DNA from: Myxococcota bacterium
GTDB lineage: Bacteria > Myxococcota_A > UBA9160 > UBA4427
Assembly (NCBI GenBank): GCA_965250285.1
Contig: OZ252299.1
Location: 2,784,001-2,848,000, forward strand
DNA: 64,000 nt
Direction of reading: 5' to 3'
Shown here: positions 62,869 to 64,000 of the stretch, in pieces
Numbering within the stretch: the first letter of the stretch is position 1
Layout of the letters: every line of letters starts with the position of its first letter
Made by a program: the position numbers and the translations under genes
Notes under the pieces: generated by a model
What the model was told of the DNA's origin: nothing
The model's input: only the letters and a program-made list of their open reading frames with translations
Databases searched by the model: none

Positions 62869-63912
62869 ATGAAGACCCGCGACCCCAAGACCTTCGGCAC
62901 CGGCCACGACGATGGGCTCGAGCCGCTCACCGCCCTCGACGTCGCGGCGAGCGACAGCGTCGATGCACTGCTGCGCGGGATGAGCCGCACGGCGTTCGGC
63001 GGGCGCACGCTCGGCGAGGCCGCCGACGCGCTCGAGGCGATGGTGAACGACACGAGCTGCTTCAAGGTCGTCACGATCTCGGGCGCCATGACCATCGCGA
63101 AGCAGGGGCTCGTGCTCTGCGAGATGATCGATCGCGGCTGGGTCGACGCCATCGTCTCGACGGGCGCGCTGATGACCCACGGCCTGGTCGAAGGCGCGGG
63201 CATGCTGCACTTCAAGCACCGCCCGGGCATGAACGACGAGTCGCTCTACGACCGCGGCTACAACCGGGTCTACGACACGATCGAGCTCGAGCAGAACCTG
63301 GACGACACCGAAGAGCTGCTGCGCGCGGCCCTCGACGGCCACGACGCGAGCGAGACGCTCTCGAGTCGACGGATCATGGAGATCCTCGGGGCGCATCTGA
63401 CCGAGCTGACCGAGGGACGCGCGATCTTGAAGAGCGCCCACGCGAAGGGCGTGCCGATCTACGTGCCGGCCTTCACCGACAGCGAGCTCGGGCTCGACGT
63501 CGCGATCTTCAATCGGCTGCGCGAGCGCGCAGGGCGACCGCGGCTCGCGTTCGACCCCTTTCTCGATCTCGACGATTTCGCCGAGCGGGTGTCGCAGCAG
63601 CAGACCCTCGGCATCTTCACGATCGGCGGCGGCGTGCCGCGCAACTGGGCGCAGCAGGTGGCGCCCTACCTCGACATCCTGAATCTGCGCCTCGGCCGCG
63701 AAGACGAGGTGAAGCGCTACAAGTACGCCGTGCGCATCTGCCCCGAGCCGGTGCACTGGGGCGGGCTCTCGGGCTGCAGCTACACCGAGGGCGTGTCGTG
63801 GGGCAAGTTCGTGCCCGAGAGCGAGGGCGGTCGCCACGTCGAGGTCTTCGCCGACGCGACGATCGCGTGGCCGATCGTCGTGCGGGCCGTGATCGAACGC
63901 ACGAGCGCGTAG
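62869..63912 (+). CDS. Deoxyhypusine-synthase-like protein (putative homospermidine synthase)
   Basis: SGAM, STGA, RVYDT, PAFTDS, GGGVP, GGLSG, EGVSWGK, DATI; start 62869 after GAGGA. Confidence 0.88.
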   Translation: MKTRDPKTFGTGHDDGLEPLTALDVAASDSVDALLRGMSRTAFGGRTLGEAADALEAMVNDTSCFKVVTISGAMTIAKQGLVLCEMIDRGWVDAIVSTGALMTHGLVEGAGMLHFKHRPGMNDESLYDRGYNRVYDTIELEQNLDDTEELLRAALDGHDASETLSSRRIMEILGAHLTELTEGRAILKSAHAKGVPIYVPAFTDSELGLDVAIFNRLRERAGRPRLAFDPFLDLDDFAERVSQQQTLGIFTIGGGVPRNWAQQVAPYLDILNLRLGREDEVKRYKYAVRICPEPVHWGGLSGCSYTEGVSWGKFVPESEGGRHVEVFADATIAWPIVVRAVIERTSA

Positions 63913-63934
63913 CCGCGCCGAACGGGGAGCGTCG

Positions 63935-64000
63935 ATGAGAGCCGTCACCGCGACATCGCCCCACGCCCTCGAAGTGCGCGAGCGTGCGCCGCTCGAGCCT
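63935..64000 (+). CDS. Start of next gene, possibly an MDR/alcohol dehydrogenase family protein (partial)
   Basis: GGGGAG SD then MRAVTATSPHALEVRERAPLEP; only 22 codons visible. Confidence 0.4.
   Translation, partial: MRAVTATSPHALEVRERAPLEP

Overview
A very GC-rich (roughly 70% by eye), gene-dense chromosomal window from a diderm bacterium, judged from an RND pump with periplasmic adaptor, a lipoprotein and a PEP-CTERM protein. A Myxococcota-like host is my inference and is not shown by the sequence. The window holds about 50 CDS and one tRNA-Pro(UGG). I see no CRISPR array, rRNA, transposase, integrase or phage gene. Housekeeping genes include thrH, typA, metF, purN, hemB, cysS, tkt and leuCD. 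There is a split damage-tolerance (mutasome) locus imuA-imuB ... dinB<->dnaE2, followed by a zincin peptidase + Ddl-like ATP-grasp pair and a radical SAM/SPASM gene. Further on are a sulfotransferase/DUF1214/sulfatase cluster, acyl-CoA catabolic genes, tandem S9 peptidases and a deoxyhypusine-synthase-like gene. Four observations read directly from the DNA stand out. (1) A promoter/operator block, 37/47 nt identical with core GGCGAA-S-AAAAGACGAAA (a CGAA-N7-CGAA direct repeat), sits at the same distance before imuA and dnaE2 and is a candidate new SOS box. (2) Five operon spacers are spanned by 14-28 aa mini-ORFs that run from the upstream stop to overlap the downstream start, a possible translational-coupling relay. 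(3) A sulfatase has a -10 box and first 13 codons that copy those of a nearby SnoaL gene. (4) A -10 hexamer 6-8 nt before ATG (leaderless architecture) recurs throughout. Most long antisense and alternative-frame ORFs in the track are GC shadows. Family names come from motifs I recognised; no database search was run.
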